From the NCBI GenBank assembly GCA_009692435.1, contig SHZE01000004.1:1-63431 (forward strand): a stretch of 63,431 nucleotides of DNA, read 5' to 3'. A program made the translations under genes and the position numbers. Each line of letters starts with the position of its first letter. The first letter of the stretch is position 1. Source of the stretch: Deltaproteobacteria bacterium. GTDB lineage: Bacteria; Desulfobacterota; Binatia; Bin18. The notes under the pieces are model-generated. The model did no database searches. It saw only the letters and a program-made list of their open reading frames with translations, and had not been told where the DNA came from. This document shows, piece by piece, positions 34,890 through 44,857 of the stretch.

Positions 34890-37140
34890 CTACCCCACTA
34901 ACGGTCTCGCGTCGAGAAACCGGTCGAGCACATTCTTCGTGATCCGTGACACGTTATTCTTGTATTTATTGTGCGAGAGACTGCCTGCCCAGGCGATAGA
35001 ACTCGATGACCACACGGCCCCCCCATTCGGGGTCTCGTAAAAAACCATATCCGCTCGGACGAGTTCATTTTCCGTGCCCCCAAGTCCGGGATAGGTCGCG
35101 AGCAACTCCTCACAGACGACCAGATAGATGTCCGTGTGCCGACCTTGTGAGGTTGCCAGTACGAGCGCATGTGGAGGAGTGCCCAAGTGTCGATCCGCCC
35201 GGTCAATCTCCAGTCCCGCCGCGCCGCCGCCAATCAAGCCGAAATCGCCAATCAGTTCATCCTTGCTGACGCCTTCAAAGATGAACGCTGCCCGTGGATG
35301 AAAACTGTCCGGTAGGCGATGGTACGGAGCCGAGATATCGAAACCCTGAGCGGTAAATCCCGTGCCCAGGATCATTTGTGTGTGGAGGGCGACTCTGCCG
35401 CCGCCACAGGCCACCGTATTCGCCGGTAAAGCTGTGATAATACTCGCCCGGTTCCGCTGCCCAGGTGCGAATCCCGCCTTCGTTGCGTCGCACTTCGATC
35501 ACGCCGGGCAATTCTGGATGATAGGCGATACGCCAGTACCAACCGTTGGCACCCATATACATGAGGCGGCCACCTTGCTGCTGGTAAGCCATCATCGCAT
35601 CCCACATTGACTTGGAATGGTATTCGGGATGGGTGCCGGAGAGGATCACGGAGTAAGGTTTGAGCAGTGCGAACCCATGCGCGTGCAAGTCTTCATCGGT
35701 GATGACATCGAACTCATATCCCAGCGCGTCGAGCCAATTGGTGATGTGGGTATCCGCGTTAAACTGCCACAGGGAAGAGCCGTGTCCACCAAGAGCAGAG
35801 ATATGTTTTGGCCGCATATTGAGGATGGGCCGCAGGCGGGAAGAATAACACACCCCCGAGTGGTCGGAATGAACGTCATAACACGAGGCGCCATACTCGC
35901 GGTGCTCGTTGAGAAAGAGCGCGTACTTATCGAGGGGAATCAACCGACCGGCGAACACTTCCATGATCCCGGCGTTGGTGCCCATGTGCTCGTTCGCATA
36001 CGCCATGTAACTGGCGGTGGGGAGCAGGAACGCGATTTTCTTTTCCTTGCCAGGCTGCGGTCTGACAGCGAACGGGATGTAGTCTTCCTCATCGCCAGAC
36101 CGCAAGCGCGCCGCATAGAGACCGCTTTTCATCGTGGCGGGAATCGTGAGCGTGAAATCCACTTCCCAGCCCGCGTCATAAATGTCGTCGTCATGGAAAT
36201 GGATCGCGCCGTAGTGATCCGGTTTGTCGTTCCAGTTCATCGACTCGCCAGTCCAGTTGTATCCTTTCATGCCACGGACGGGCAGGTTCATGGTGTGACC
36301 GTGGAGGCGGTTCGGCGACACATCCGTGACTTTCTGTGAACTGATGTCCCGTGAGAAATCCCACATCCCAACAACGGCGGTGGTCAATGTGGCGGGGACC
36401 GGGCCACTCTTGAGCATCTCCATTTCCGCGCGGTTCAATGCGCGGTTGGCGAGTCGTGGACTGTCGATTTTGCCGTTGTACGTACAGGCCAGTTGGCCTT
36501 TGCCAGTGCCTGTGCGGCACGCCGCGAACATCAAGGGCGCGTCCGTCTCGCCAAGCTGAGTGATTTTTGTTCGTGCGCGGGCTTCTCCCGCATCCGTCGC
36601 CAGTGGATAATTGACCAGTGGCTCTTGGTAGAGTGTCACCGCGCGGGTTTTGGCATCATAGCTCGCGGCGACGAAATACCACTCACGAGCCAGCAGAGGT
36701 TTCCCGGTCGAGAGGATTTCTTGATTGCCACGTCCATCGCCAAGAATCAGCGCGAGCGAGCCATCGCGTTCCGAGATGACCAAGGCGAATCCGGCTTTGG
36801 TGCGATCGTGATACTTCGCCATGATGACCTGCTGACCCTTGTCCGGCGAGGTCGGCCAGATCATGGCTTGGCAGGAAAAGCTGTCGAGTCGTGCCAGCAC
36901 TGAAGAGTGAGGGATCGTGACATAGGAGCCTGACTCAATGACTTGTTTGCGTCCTGTGTAAGTTTTGTTGGCGGAGGTCTTAATAACTTTCTCGCGTACG
37001 CCAGGGCCAGCCGGGTTGGAATCCCCACAAATAATGCGGACGATCTCGACTTGATAGGTTGGCAACTCGCAATTGACCATGAACGAGAGCGTCTCGCCGG
37101 GGGCGGCGCTGATCTTGTCGCTATAGCCGGTGATTTTCAT
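34890..37140 (-). pseudogene. N,N-dimethylformamidase large (beta) subunit family, frameshifted near 35380
   Basis: MKITGYSDKISAAPGETLSFMV, TASYMAYAN, SCYDVHSD, GTHPEY, YMGANGWYW; the C-terminal ~170 aa (MILGTGFTAQGFD...NVSRITKNVL) is in another frame. Confidence 0.82.
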
Positions 37141-37149
37141 ACTCGGTCC

Positions 37150-37177
37150 TCACTCGTTACTCGCTACTCGTTTACTC
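37150..37177 (+). repeat. Heptamer array (NNACTCG) x4 between the DMFase subunit genes
   Basis: TCACTCG TTACTCG CTACTCG TTTACTC. Confidence 0.75.
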
Positions 37178-37477
37178 TAAGGCTCCGCCTGTATGTTTCT
37201 TCCATCGCCGTCGGAAGACCTCGCGTTCCGCGTCTTCGAGATTGGTGAAGATCTCGCCTTTCAGGAGTTTGACTGGTTTGCCCGGCTCACCGGGGAGCAA
37301 ACCGAGCGTCCACTCTTGATGGGGTTTCGTGCAGACCAGAACATATTTGTCCCGCGTCGACTCACCACGAAAAACGTTGAGCACCCGTTGTAACGCGGGA
37401 CTGTGATGGCCAATCGGTGTCTGGTTGAACTCGGCGACCACTGAGTGGTCTTGGTCGCTGACTTTATAGGTGGACAT
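37172..37477 (-). CDS. N,N-dimethylformamidase small (alpha) subunit-like protein
   Basis: EFNQTPIGHHSPALQRVL...AEREVFRRRW; directly upstream of the large subunit; SD GGAGG. Confidence 0.75.
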   Translation of the reverse strand: MSTYKVSDQDHSVVAEFNQTPIGHHSPALQRVLNVFRGESTRDKYVLVCTKPHQEWTLGLLPGEPGKPVKLLKGEIFTNLEDAEREVFRRRWKKHTGGALE

Positions 37478-37494
37478 GTGCTCCTCCAAAAATT

Positions 37495-37527
37495 CCCTCT
37501 CCTGGCTGGGAGAGGGTTGGGGTGGGG
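37495..37527. repeat. CCCTCTCC...GGGAGAGGG palindromic repeat, copy A
   Basis: CCCTCTCCTGGCTGGGAGAGGGTTGGGGTGGGG; similar to 49095..49130. Confidence 0.7.
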
Positions 37528-37566
37528 CTTTCAAGGAGAGGTTTTTTACCACAAGAAGAGCAGAGT

Positions 37567-37650
37567 CGTCATTCCCGCGCAGGCGGGAATCCAGGACTCC
37601 CGTAAGCCACGGGACACTGCGCCTGGATGCCCGCCTGCGCGGGCACGACG
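37567..37650. repeat. CGTC-type REP doublet, copy 2
   Basis: Both palindromic arms are identical to those of 22956..23039; the spacer has diverged. Confidence 0.9.
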
Positions 37651-37759
37651 GACCAGAAAACCCCGGCATGCGGAAAACCCGTAAAATTGCGGGCAACGAG
37701 AAAAACCTACCCTTCAAAGCTGGGGTGAGGGGGATCAAAGAGAGATTCCTTGTGACGCG

Positions 37760-39295
37760 TTAGCCTTTTGATGCAGCAGACGAAGCAAACGCCGCCGCTA
37801 CGTTGCGCCGCTGAATTTTCCCTGTGGCGGTGCGCGGAATCTCTTTGGCCATATAAATCATCTTAGGCACCTTGAACGCCGACAGCCGCTCGCGGCAATG
37901 CGCGACTAACGTGGCTTCCGTGGCATCGCCGCGCAGCACCACGACCGCCGCGACCTCTTCCCCGTATTTCGTATCAGGGACACCGAAGCACACCGCTTCG
38001 GCTACGGCAGGGTGAGTGAGGAGGACTTCATCAATCTCACGAGGAGATATTTTCTCGCCACCCCGATTGATGAGTTCCTTCAAGCGACCAACAAGAGTGA
38101 GATACCCCTCGGCGTCGATAATGCCTTGGTCTCCAGTGCGGAACCATCCATGAGTGAAAGACGTCGCATTAGCTTCGGGATTGTTGTGGTAGCCACGGGT
38201 GACATTGGCCCCTTGAATGACCACCTCGCCTTGAGAGCCGGTAGGCAGTAGTGCCCCGGCGTCATCCATGATGGCGACCTGCACGCCAGTGCCTTGACCA
38301 ACCGAGCCAGGTTTACGTTGCGCTGGCGGCAACGGATTCGAGGCCATTTGATGCGCTGCTTCGGTCATGCCGTAGGCTTCGAGCACAGGGCAGCCGAAGC
38401 GATTTTCCAGGCCAGCCATTGTTGCTGGTGCTAAGGCGGAACTACACGACCGGATAAAGCGGAGCCCACTCGTTCCTGGAGCCGGAGCCTGATCTTCATC
38501 GGCCCGTGCCAGCAACACTTGATGAATCGTAGGGACAGCAGTGTACCATGTCGCCCGGTGTGTCTTGACGACGGGCCAGAATGAACTAGCGCTGAACCGT
38601 GCCGGAACCACCAGAGTCCCACCAGAGCGAAACGTCGCGAGCGTTGACGCGACGAGGCCGTGCACGTGAAACAACGGCATCACACACAGTGAAACGTCTT
38701 CCGGTGTCAGCGTGTATGTGGCCATCACGTTGGCCGCTGAGGTCAGCAAGTTGGCATGCGAGAGCGGGACCCCTTTGGGGCGGCTGGTAGTCCCGCTGGT
38801 GTGCAGGAACAGTGCAACATCATCAGGCGTGGGAGTAGTGTGCTTACGGGGAAGGGAAGATGCCTTCGTGACCTCGAAACGGACTTGGCCGTCTGGCGCG
38901 AGCGAGGCTTCAATCAACAGCGTGTCAGCAGGAGCTGCCGCGCGTGCCTGCTCACCGCCACCTGGTGGGACGATCAACACTTTGGCGTCAATATCTTCCA
39001 AGTAAAAGCGAAATTCATCGGTGGTGTAGGCCGGATTCAATGGGGCCGCAGTCGCCGCGGCAGTGGCAATGCCCAGGAATGCGATGATGACTTCCACACC
39101 ATTGGGTAATGCCATTGCCACCCGGTCGCCACGTCCGATGCCGAGCGTGTGGAGAGTAGCCGCGAACTGTTCCACCTGGGCATGCAAAGCACTGTAAGTG
39201 ACCATCGGTCCGCCTTCGGGGACGATGAGGGCGGGGTGGGTGGGATGGCTCACTGCGAGGAGATCGCTGAGTATCGAAGGTGATTGGGTATTCAT
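37760..39295 (-). CDS. Acyl-CoA synthetase, oxalate--CoA ligase (AAE3/Pcs60)-like
   Basis: LFLHTSGTTSRPKGVPL, LRFIRSCSSAL, EAYGMTEAAHQMASNPLP, PRTATGKIQR. Confidence 0.8.
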   Translation of the reverse strand: MNTQSPSILSDLLAVSHPTHPALIVPEGGPMVTYSALHAQVEQFAATLHTLGIGRGDRVAMALPNGVEVIIAFLGIATAAATAAPLNPAYTTDEFRFYLEDIDAKVLIVPPGGGEQARAAAPADTLLIEASLAPDGQVRFEVTKASSLPRKHTTPTPDDVALFLHTSGTTSRPKGVPLSHANLLTSAANVMATYTLTPEDVSLCVMPLFHVHGLVASTLATFRSGGTLVVPARFSASSFWPVVKTHRATWYTAVPTIHQVLLARADEDQAPAPGTSGLRFIRSCSSALAPATMAGLENRFGCPVLEAYGMTEAAHQMASNPLPPAQRKPGSVGQGTGVQVAIMDDAGALLPTGSQGEVVIQGANVTRGYHNNPEANATSFTHGWFRTGDQGIIDAEGYLTLVGRLKELINRGGEKISPREIDEVLLTHPAVAEAVCFGVPDTKYGEEVAAVVVLRGDATEATLVAHCRERLSAFKVPKMIYMAKEIPRTATGKIQRRNVAAAFASSAASKG

Positions 39296-39386
39296 GGTTT
39301 TTGCTTCTACCCTAACATGGGCCAATGTCCCAGTAGGGGGCTCATGCAATGAGAAAAGTGCTCAACCAGGCGAGCACGAAGACAGC

Positions 39387-39731
39387 TTAGGATTTTTCCG
39401 CCACCAAGTCTTGAAGAAGTTTGCGAATGCGGTCGAGGGTGGCTTGGTTGACCCGACCAAATGTTTTGACAGCAAGGGATTGAGACAAGGTGTATATCCT
39501 GTCCACTCGTACCTTACCTGGCCGGTTGAGGGTGCCCTGGATCAAATCAGCCGAGGTGATCGTGAAGCTGTAATCCACCACCTGCGGGTTGGAAGTCATC
39601 GCCACCACAACCATGTCTTGAGTCTTATGGTGGTAGGGGTTGTTGGAGATGATAATCACCGGGCGGCGCCGGCTGGATGAAAGATCGGTGAAAGGAATGG
39701 GAATGAGGACAATGTCGCCTTGCTCAGGCAT
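39387..39731 (-). CDS. MazF/PemK toxin (intact)
   Basis: MPEQGDIVLIPIPFTDLSSSRRRPVIIISN. Confidence 0.88.
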   Translation of the reverse strand: MPEQGDIVLIPIPFTDLSSSRRRPVIIISNNPYHHKTQDMVVVAMTSNPQVVDYSFTITSADLIQGTLNRPGKVRVDRIYTLSQSLAVKTFGRVNQATLDRIRKLLQDLVAEKS

Positions 39732-39930
39732 TATTCCAGTCCTCGTCATCAAGAGGGTTATCCCAGAAATCTAGGGTGCTCTGGGCAGCGGAGGTAAGAT
39801 CCTCAAACCTCTCGTCCGCCTCTCTGATGACGAAGACTGTCACATGGACGCCTGGCGGGAGCGGAACCCGCAATTCCACTTTCCCTTCTTCTTTCACTTC
39901 GAGGTCATATTTGAAGGCCATCTTTTGCAT
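39724..39930 (-). CDS. Antitoxin partner (DUF2281-like)
   Basis: 68 aa ending LDFWDNPLDDEDWNNA, overlapping the toxin start. Confidence 0.75.
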   Translation of the reverse strand: MQKMAFKYDLEVKEEGKVELRVPLPPGVHVTVFVIREADERFEDLTSAAQSTLDFWDNPLDDEDWNNA

Positions 39931-39951
39931 GGGGGGACTCCTTGTCAGGTC

Positions 39952-40740
39952 TCAACGAAGGGGTAGTGAGCACCACGTCAGTACCCACGACAGCACGCCG
40001 AGCAATTGCAGGGACATGGCAAGTGTTGTAACGACGAGCACTGCGCGAATCCAGTAGGCTCCCCTTTTGACGCCCCAATACGCCCCTAGCCAGGCGCCGG
40101 TAGCGTTCGCTGCCGCGAGGACGAGACCAGCGTCCCACGCCACTTTGCTATCGACAATGAAGACCAGCAGCGCGAGCGTAGTTAAGCAGAGCACAATCGT
40201 GACCTTGACACTATTGGCTAACACCAGGTCCATGCCGCCAAACGCACTGAGGGCAACGAGAATAAAAATCCCCACGCCAATCTGTAGGAAGCCGCCGTAT
40301 ACGCCGAGAACGAAGAAGACTAGAGACAGCATCCATCCCTCTTTGAGGGTCTGGTGCAGCGCGAGGGCTCGCGCGTTCAGTCGCGGTTCGAGCAACACCG
40401 GGCCGATGAGCAGCAGCATGACAAAGCCCAGAATCGTGCGGAATTGTGCGTCATCGAGTTGGATCGAGATGAATGCGCCGATTAGGGAGCCCAATGTTGC
40501 GGGAAGAGCGAGCGACAATGCCAACCGATGATTGGCGACTCCTTGTCGTTGATACGCCGCGAGGGCTGCGACATTCTGAACCGCGACGGCCACGCGATTG
40601 GTCCCATTGGCGATCCCAGGTGGAAGACCAATGAAAATGAGCGCGGGTACGGTGAGCATCGCGCCACCGCCGGAGACGGCGTTGATGAAGCCAGCGGCGA
40701 GTCCGCTCGCGATGAGCAGAACGAAGTCAAAGAGTGACAT
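39952..40740 (-). CDS. TauE/SafE family transporter
   Basis: AGFINAVSGGGAML, GVYGGFLQIGVG; multiple TM segments. Confidence 0.9.
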   Translation of the reverse strand: MSLFDFVLLIASGLAAGFINAVSGGGAMLTVPALIFIGLPPGIANGTNRVAVAVQNVAALAAYQRQGVANHRLALSLALPATLGSLIGAFISIQLDDAQFRTILGFVMLLLIGPVLLEPRLNARALALHQTLKEGWMLSLVFFVLGVYGGFLQIGVGIFILVALSAFGGMDLVLANSVKVTIVLCLTTLALLVFIVDSKVAWDAGLVLAAANATGAWLGAYWGVKRGAYWIRAVLVVTTLAMSLQLLGVLSWVLTWCSLPLR

Positions 40741-40911
40741 GAAAAATGAAAACCATCCCTCCGATTACAAAATCGCGACATCCTCGCTTGTCCACTGCGG
40801 GGCGTCAAGCGAGCGGAGTAGCTTTCCTTGACCATACCTGACTACCCTCTTATGATTCGTCGCAAATTTCTTCTCCTAGACGGGAGAGGGATAAGGCGAA
40901 AGGAATTCCGT

Positions 40912-41514
40912 ATGGCTCCGACACCAATCAAACTCTACTTCGACTACAAAAGCCCCTTTGCCTATTTGGCGAAAGATGAAGCGTACGCACTTGAAGAAGA
41001 TTATCATGTGCACATTGAGTGGCTTCCCTACGTTCTCGATATTCCCGAAGCCTTGGGCGATCTCCCGACCCGTACCCAGCAGCAATGGCGGAAAATTCGG
41101 TACCTGTACATGGATGCTCGTCGCTGGGCGAATAAAAAAGGGCTCGTTGTCCGCGGGCCGCAAAAAATCTTTGATTCGTCGGTGGCAGCGATCGGCATGT
41201 TGTACGCGCAAAGGCAGGGAAAGTTCCGCCCCTACCATGACCGCGTGTACGAACGGTTCTGGCGACGTGAGTTAGACATCGAAGATCAGAACGCCATTGC
41301 TGCGATATTGGTTGAGATTGGTGCGAATGGCGAAGGCTTCCTCACGTATATCGCTGGGGCGGGTCGAGCCGATCTTGCGGCTATTCAGCAGCGAGCTGAA
41401 GCAGATGAAATTTTTGGCGTACCGATTTTCATCGTTGAAGACGAGATGTTCTGGGGCCACGATCGCGTTCCGTTGCTGAGAGAGAAACTAGATGTGATGG
41501 GAGTGAAAAAGTGA
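40912..41514 (+). CDS. DsbA-family / 2-hydroxychromene-2-carboxylate isomerase-like protein
   Basis: YFDYKSPFAYL, IFGVPIF, MFWGHDR. Confidence 0.88.
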   Translation: MAPTPIKLYFDYKSPFAYLAKDEAYALEEDYHVHIEWLPYVLDIPEALGDLPTRTQQQWRKIRYLYMDARRWANKKGLVVRGPQKIFDSSVAAIGMLYAQRQGKFRPYHDRVYERFWRRELDIEDQNAIAAILVEIGANGEGFLTYIAGAGRADLAAIQQRAEADEIFGVPIFIVEDEMFWGHDRVPLLREKLDVMGVKK

Positions 41515-42437
41515 AGGCGAATTCCATGAGGATGTGGACATCTGTTGCGATTCAAGTCGTTGTTCCTGTTTTTTTTCTGGCCCCTTTTCTCAGGGCGGAA
41601 GAAGCAAAACTCACCAATCGCTATTTTCTCAGCGGTGACGGGACTGTGTCGTTGACCAATCCGAAAACCAACCGTTCGGTGCGTGTTCACTACCGCACTG
41701 AAGAGGGGACCTATCCGCAAGAAGCGCGACAGGAGATTGATCGCCTTTTTGGGGTGTCCGCCAATTCTGGCGATCACATCTCGTTGCGTCTCGTCTCGGC
41801 TTTGGACTATGTCGAAGATCAGTTTGACTTGCCAATTGTCTTGATTTCTGGGTATCGGAGTGAAGAGTACAATAGCAATCTCCGAGCAAAGGGCGGTGGC
41901 GCGGCGAAAGCCAGCATGCATATCGAAGGCATGGCCGCGGATATTAAAGTACGAAAAAACCTGGGCAAGAAAATTTGGGAAAGCGTGAAAGCCATAGGTT
42001 GTTGCGGAATTGGCTTTTATGGCGGAGATTCGGTGCATATCGACACCGGCCCGGCACGCTATTGGACGCAGGCGACTTCCAAAGTGCGCACGAACATTTC
42101 CGAGAATAATAAGCAGGTAATGGTGCGCACCGATCAAGACATTTACCGCCCTGGAGAAAAAATTGAAGTCAAACTCGCGCGAATCACGGCCTATCCGGTC
42201 AGTATGATGAGTGGGTTTACCCTCGTTCGTGATGGTCAGGAGCCGCAAGACTTTTCTTTTGATGGGAAAGGGACGGAGTGTCACCCGGTGCGAGAGGCGG
42301 CGGAACGGGCGGTGATGTGGACGGTTCCGGAGAATTTCTCGCCAGCCGAACGGCTGCGTTTCCGTCTCCGGTTTTGCGACAAGCAGTTTCCGGAAATGCC
42401 GGATCAGATTGAATCGAATGAGATTGCCGTGAGGTAG
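41511..42437 (+). CDS. DUF882/YcbK (peptidase M15-like) exported protein with a C-terminal extension
   Basis: Signal-like N-terminus; ISGYRS, SMHIEGMAADI, VHID. Confidence 0.82.
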   Translation: MKANSMRMWTSVAIQVVVPVFFLAPFLRAEEAKLTNRYFLSGDGTVSLTNPKTNRSVRVHYRTEEGTYPQEARQEIDRLFGVSANSGDHISLRLVSALDYVEDQFDLPIVLISGYRSEEYNSNLRAKGGGAAKASMHIEGMAADIKVRKNLGKKIWESVKAIGCCGIGFYGGDSVHIDTGPARYWTQATSKVRTNISENNKQVMVRTDQDIYRPGEKIEVKLARITAYPVSMMSGFTLVRDGQEPQDFSFDGKGTECHPVREAAERAVMWTVPENFSPAERLRFRLRFCDKQFPEMPDQIESNEIAVR

Positions 42438-42468
42438 GAGAAATGCTTTCTCCGAAAAAGAGGCAAGG

Positions 42469-42503
42469 CAAAAGTCAAAAGGTAAAAATCAAAAGGCAAA
42501 AAT
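42469..42503 (+). repeat. Heptamer array (CAAAAGG/CAAAAAT) x5, with no enclosed gene
   Basis: CAAAAGT CAAAAGG TAAAAAT CAAAAGG CAAAAAT. Confidence 0.88.
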
Positions 42504-42599
42504 AAGAGGGGAACCTCCCAATCCCCTCTCCCCTCGTCGAAAAGGGAACCTCAAACTGCTGTTTTTTTGTTCGTGCCCGTTCCGCACCAGGAGAACAGG

Positions 42600-42788
42600 T
42601 CAAGAAGGTTCTGGAAGGCCAAGCTGCTTGCAAATCCGTGCCGCTGTAAAGTTGGGTATCTCACGATGGCGTGGTACAGAGGTGCGTCGATTTGTTGCAG
42701 GGTTTTCCCAAATCGAGTGTTCTCCGCCTTCACGGATAAACCGGCAACCATGAAAACTCAGATATTGGAGTAGGTCTCGCCGCTTCAT
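42600..42788 (-). CDS. HicA toxin
   Basis: MKRRDLLQYL...REGGEHSIW.N...VPRHREI. Confidence 0.9.
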   Translation of the reverse strand: MKRRDLLQYLSFHGCRFIREGGEHSIWENPATNRRTSVPRHREIPNFTAARICKQLGLPEPS

Positions 42789-43069
42789 GAGGCGACTGCT
42801 TGAGGAACGACTTTGATCTGAGATGCTGCTGTGAGGAGCAAGTAAATAGGCTCTTCTAGGTCAGCTTCTGGATCAGTACACGCGGGATCGGGTTGTGGTA
42901 ATGACTCACCGCGCAGCAGATTTGTTTCGGCCATATCTACCAAGGCGCTGGCAAGCGAACGGCGTGCTTCTTGTAGATCGACGCCAAAGGATATCGTTCC
43001 GGGGAAATCGAGGACCTCAGCGTGAACTCCTTGGTCGAGGAACTTGTACATAGCTTTGTAGGTGAGCAT
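42785..43069 (-). CDS. HicB antitoxin (hicBA order)
   Basis: HAEVLDFPGTISFGVDLQEARRSL; ATGA overlap with hicA. Confidence 0.85.
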   Translation of the reverse strand: MLTYKAMYKFLDQGVHAEVLDFPGTISFGVDLQEARRSLASALVDMAETNLLRGESLPQPDPACTDPEADLEEPIYLLLTAASQIKVVPQAVAS

Positions 43070-43191
43070 GGTTTGACCTCTCATCGGGTTTCATCCTAGC
43101 GCCCGAAAGAACTACGAGGTTCATAACGAAGCGAGCGGTCCAGAACAAGAGAGCACCTCATTGTCTTATCCTCTGCAAGCCAGCGTTTCAG

Positions 43192-43221
43192 TTGACACGC
43201 TGCGTCTTTCTATCCTACTGT
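43192..43221 (+). promoter_or_regulatory. Putative sigma70 promoter of the thiolase operon
   Basis: TTGACA-18 nt-TACTGT, 20 nt before ATG 43242. Confidence 0.5.
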
Positions 43222-43241
43222 GCCGCGCGGGAGGACTGACT

Positions 43242-44420
43242 ATGCCTGCATGGGATCTGAAAGATCAGGCGGCGGTGAGCGGTGTTGGGCATTCGCCGTA
43301 TGGCAAGCGGCTCAATCGCAGCACAATTGACTTGGCGGGTGAGGCCATTCGCAACGCGCTGGATGACGCGGGCCTGACACGTGATGACCTTGATGGACTC
43401 ATTGTGAGTTTCGGCACCCCTATTGGGGCAGATGCGGATACGTTGGCGTATGCGCTGGGGCTCAAGCTCAGAATGTACAACCAAACCTGGGCGCACGGAC
43501 GATTTACCGCCACCTGTATTCAGAATGCGGCAATGGCGGTGAGTGCAGGGCTAGCGAACCATGTGGCGTGTTTAGCGTCGGTCAGCTTCTCGGGCTTTCG
43601 TAAACCGATGATGGGTGGGGCAGGGGATAATGAAGGCGCACGCGAAGGTGGAGGCGGACATGGCGAAGACCCCGTGTATGGCATGACCTCACCGGGAGCT
43701 GGAGCAGCACTGGTCGCGCAAAAATACTTTCATCGCTATGGAGCCACCAGTCGCCAACTGGCTTCGGTCGCTGTAGCGTTTCGCAAACATGCCGCGCTCA
43801 ACCCCGCCGCGCTCATGCGCGAGCCGATCACCGTGGAAGATCACCAGAATTCACGCTATGTCTGCGAGCCGCTCCATCTCTTGGACTATTGCCAGATCAA
43901 CGACGGGGCCGCCTGTGTGATTGTCTCACGCAGTGATCGTGCGCGGGACCTCAAGAAGAAACCAGTCTATATCAGCGGCATGCAAGGGCTCCCCGCCGGA
44001 CGTGAGGAGTTTATCTGGACGCATCCAGGGTTCGGCACCTCGCAACAAAAGGTATTCGACTACAAGCCCGACCTGCAACCGGTCTATCAAATGGCGGGCG
44101 TGACGCAGAAAGAGATGAGCGCGTTCTTTACCTATGATGCTTTCGCGATTTTGGTATGGACCGCGCTGGAACGCTGGGGATACTGCAAGCCCGGAGAAGC
44201 GGCGGCGTTTACTCAAGACGGGCGCATCGAATTGGGCGGGGCGTTGCCGATCAACACCAATGGCGGCCTGATTTCCGAGGCGCATGTGATGGGATGGAAT
44301 CATCAGGTCGAAATAGTGCGCCAGTTACGTGGCGAGTGTGGACCACGGCAAATCGCCAACGCCCAACTGATTCAGTGGGGCAATGCCTATGGCGACTCGC
44401 TGATCTATCGAAAGGGGTAA
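43242..44420 (+). CDS. Thiolase-like (SCP-x/Ltp2-type) protein
   Basis: DGAACVIV, TYDAF, PINTNGGLISEAH; SD GGAGG. Confidence 0.88.
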   Translation: MPAWDLKDQAAVSGVGHSPYGKRLNRSTIDLAGEAIRNALDDAGLTRDDLDGLIVSFGTPIGADADTLAYALGLKLRMYNQTWAHGRFTATCIQNAAMAVSAGLANHVACLASVSFSGFRKPMMGGAGDNEGAREGGGGHGEDPVYGMTSPGAGAALVAQKYFHRYGATSRQLASVAVAFRKHAALNPAALMREPITVEDHQNSRYVCEPLHLLDYCQINDGAACVIVSRSDRARDLKKKPVYISGMQGLPAGREEFIWTHPGFGTSQQKVFDYKPDLQPVYQMAGVTQKEMSAFFTYDAFAILVWTALERWGYCKPGEAAAFTQDGRIELGGALPINTNGGLISEAHVMGWNHQVEIVRQLRGECGPRQIANAQLIQWGNAYGDSLIYRKG

Positions 44421-44424
44421 GCGC

Positions 44425-44847
44425 ATGGCGGAATACAAAAAACCTTTACCAGCGATTTCTTCACTCAGTGAACCCTATTGGACGGGACTCAAACATCGTG
44501 ACCTCAAACTCCAACGCTGCAACGACTGCCAGACGCTGTGGTATCCACCGGGACCATTCTGTCCGGGCTGTTGGTCGCGCACCTTCACGTGGCAGAATCT
44601 CAGTGGGCGCGGGAAAGTCAACTCGTGGGTGATTTTTCACCAAGCGTATTTCTCCTCGGTCAAGGACGAAATTCCTTACAACGTCGCCGAGGTGGAGCTG
44701 GAAGAAGGGCCGCGGCTGCTGACGAATCTCGTCGGTATCGACAACGCGGATATTAAGATTGGCATGCCGGTGGAAATTGTCTTTGATGACGTGACGGAAG
44801 AAGTAACGTTGGCGAAGTTTCGGCCCCTCGGCGGGGGTAGCAAGTAA
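44425..44847 (+). CDS. DUF35 Zn-ribbon/OB-fold protein
   Basis: LQRCNDC...CPGC, ELEEGPRLLTNLV. Confidence 0.9.
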   Translation: MAEYKKPLPAISSLSEPYWTGLKHRDLKLQRCNDCQTLWYPPGPFCPGCWSRTFTWQNLSGRGKVNSWVIFHQAYFSSVKDEIPYNVAEVELEEGPRLLTNLVGIDNADIKIGMPVEIVFDDVTEEVTLAKFRPLGGGSK

Positions 44848-44857
44848 CGAGTGGCGA

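Noticed and set aside
37478-37738. 87-aa N-terminal extension of the DMFase alpha subunit
   Set aside because: Repeat-derived; a good SD precedes ATG 37477.
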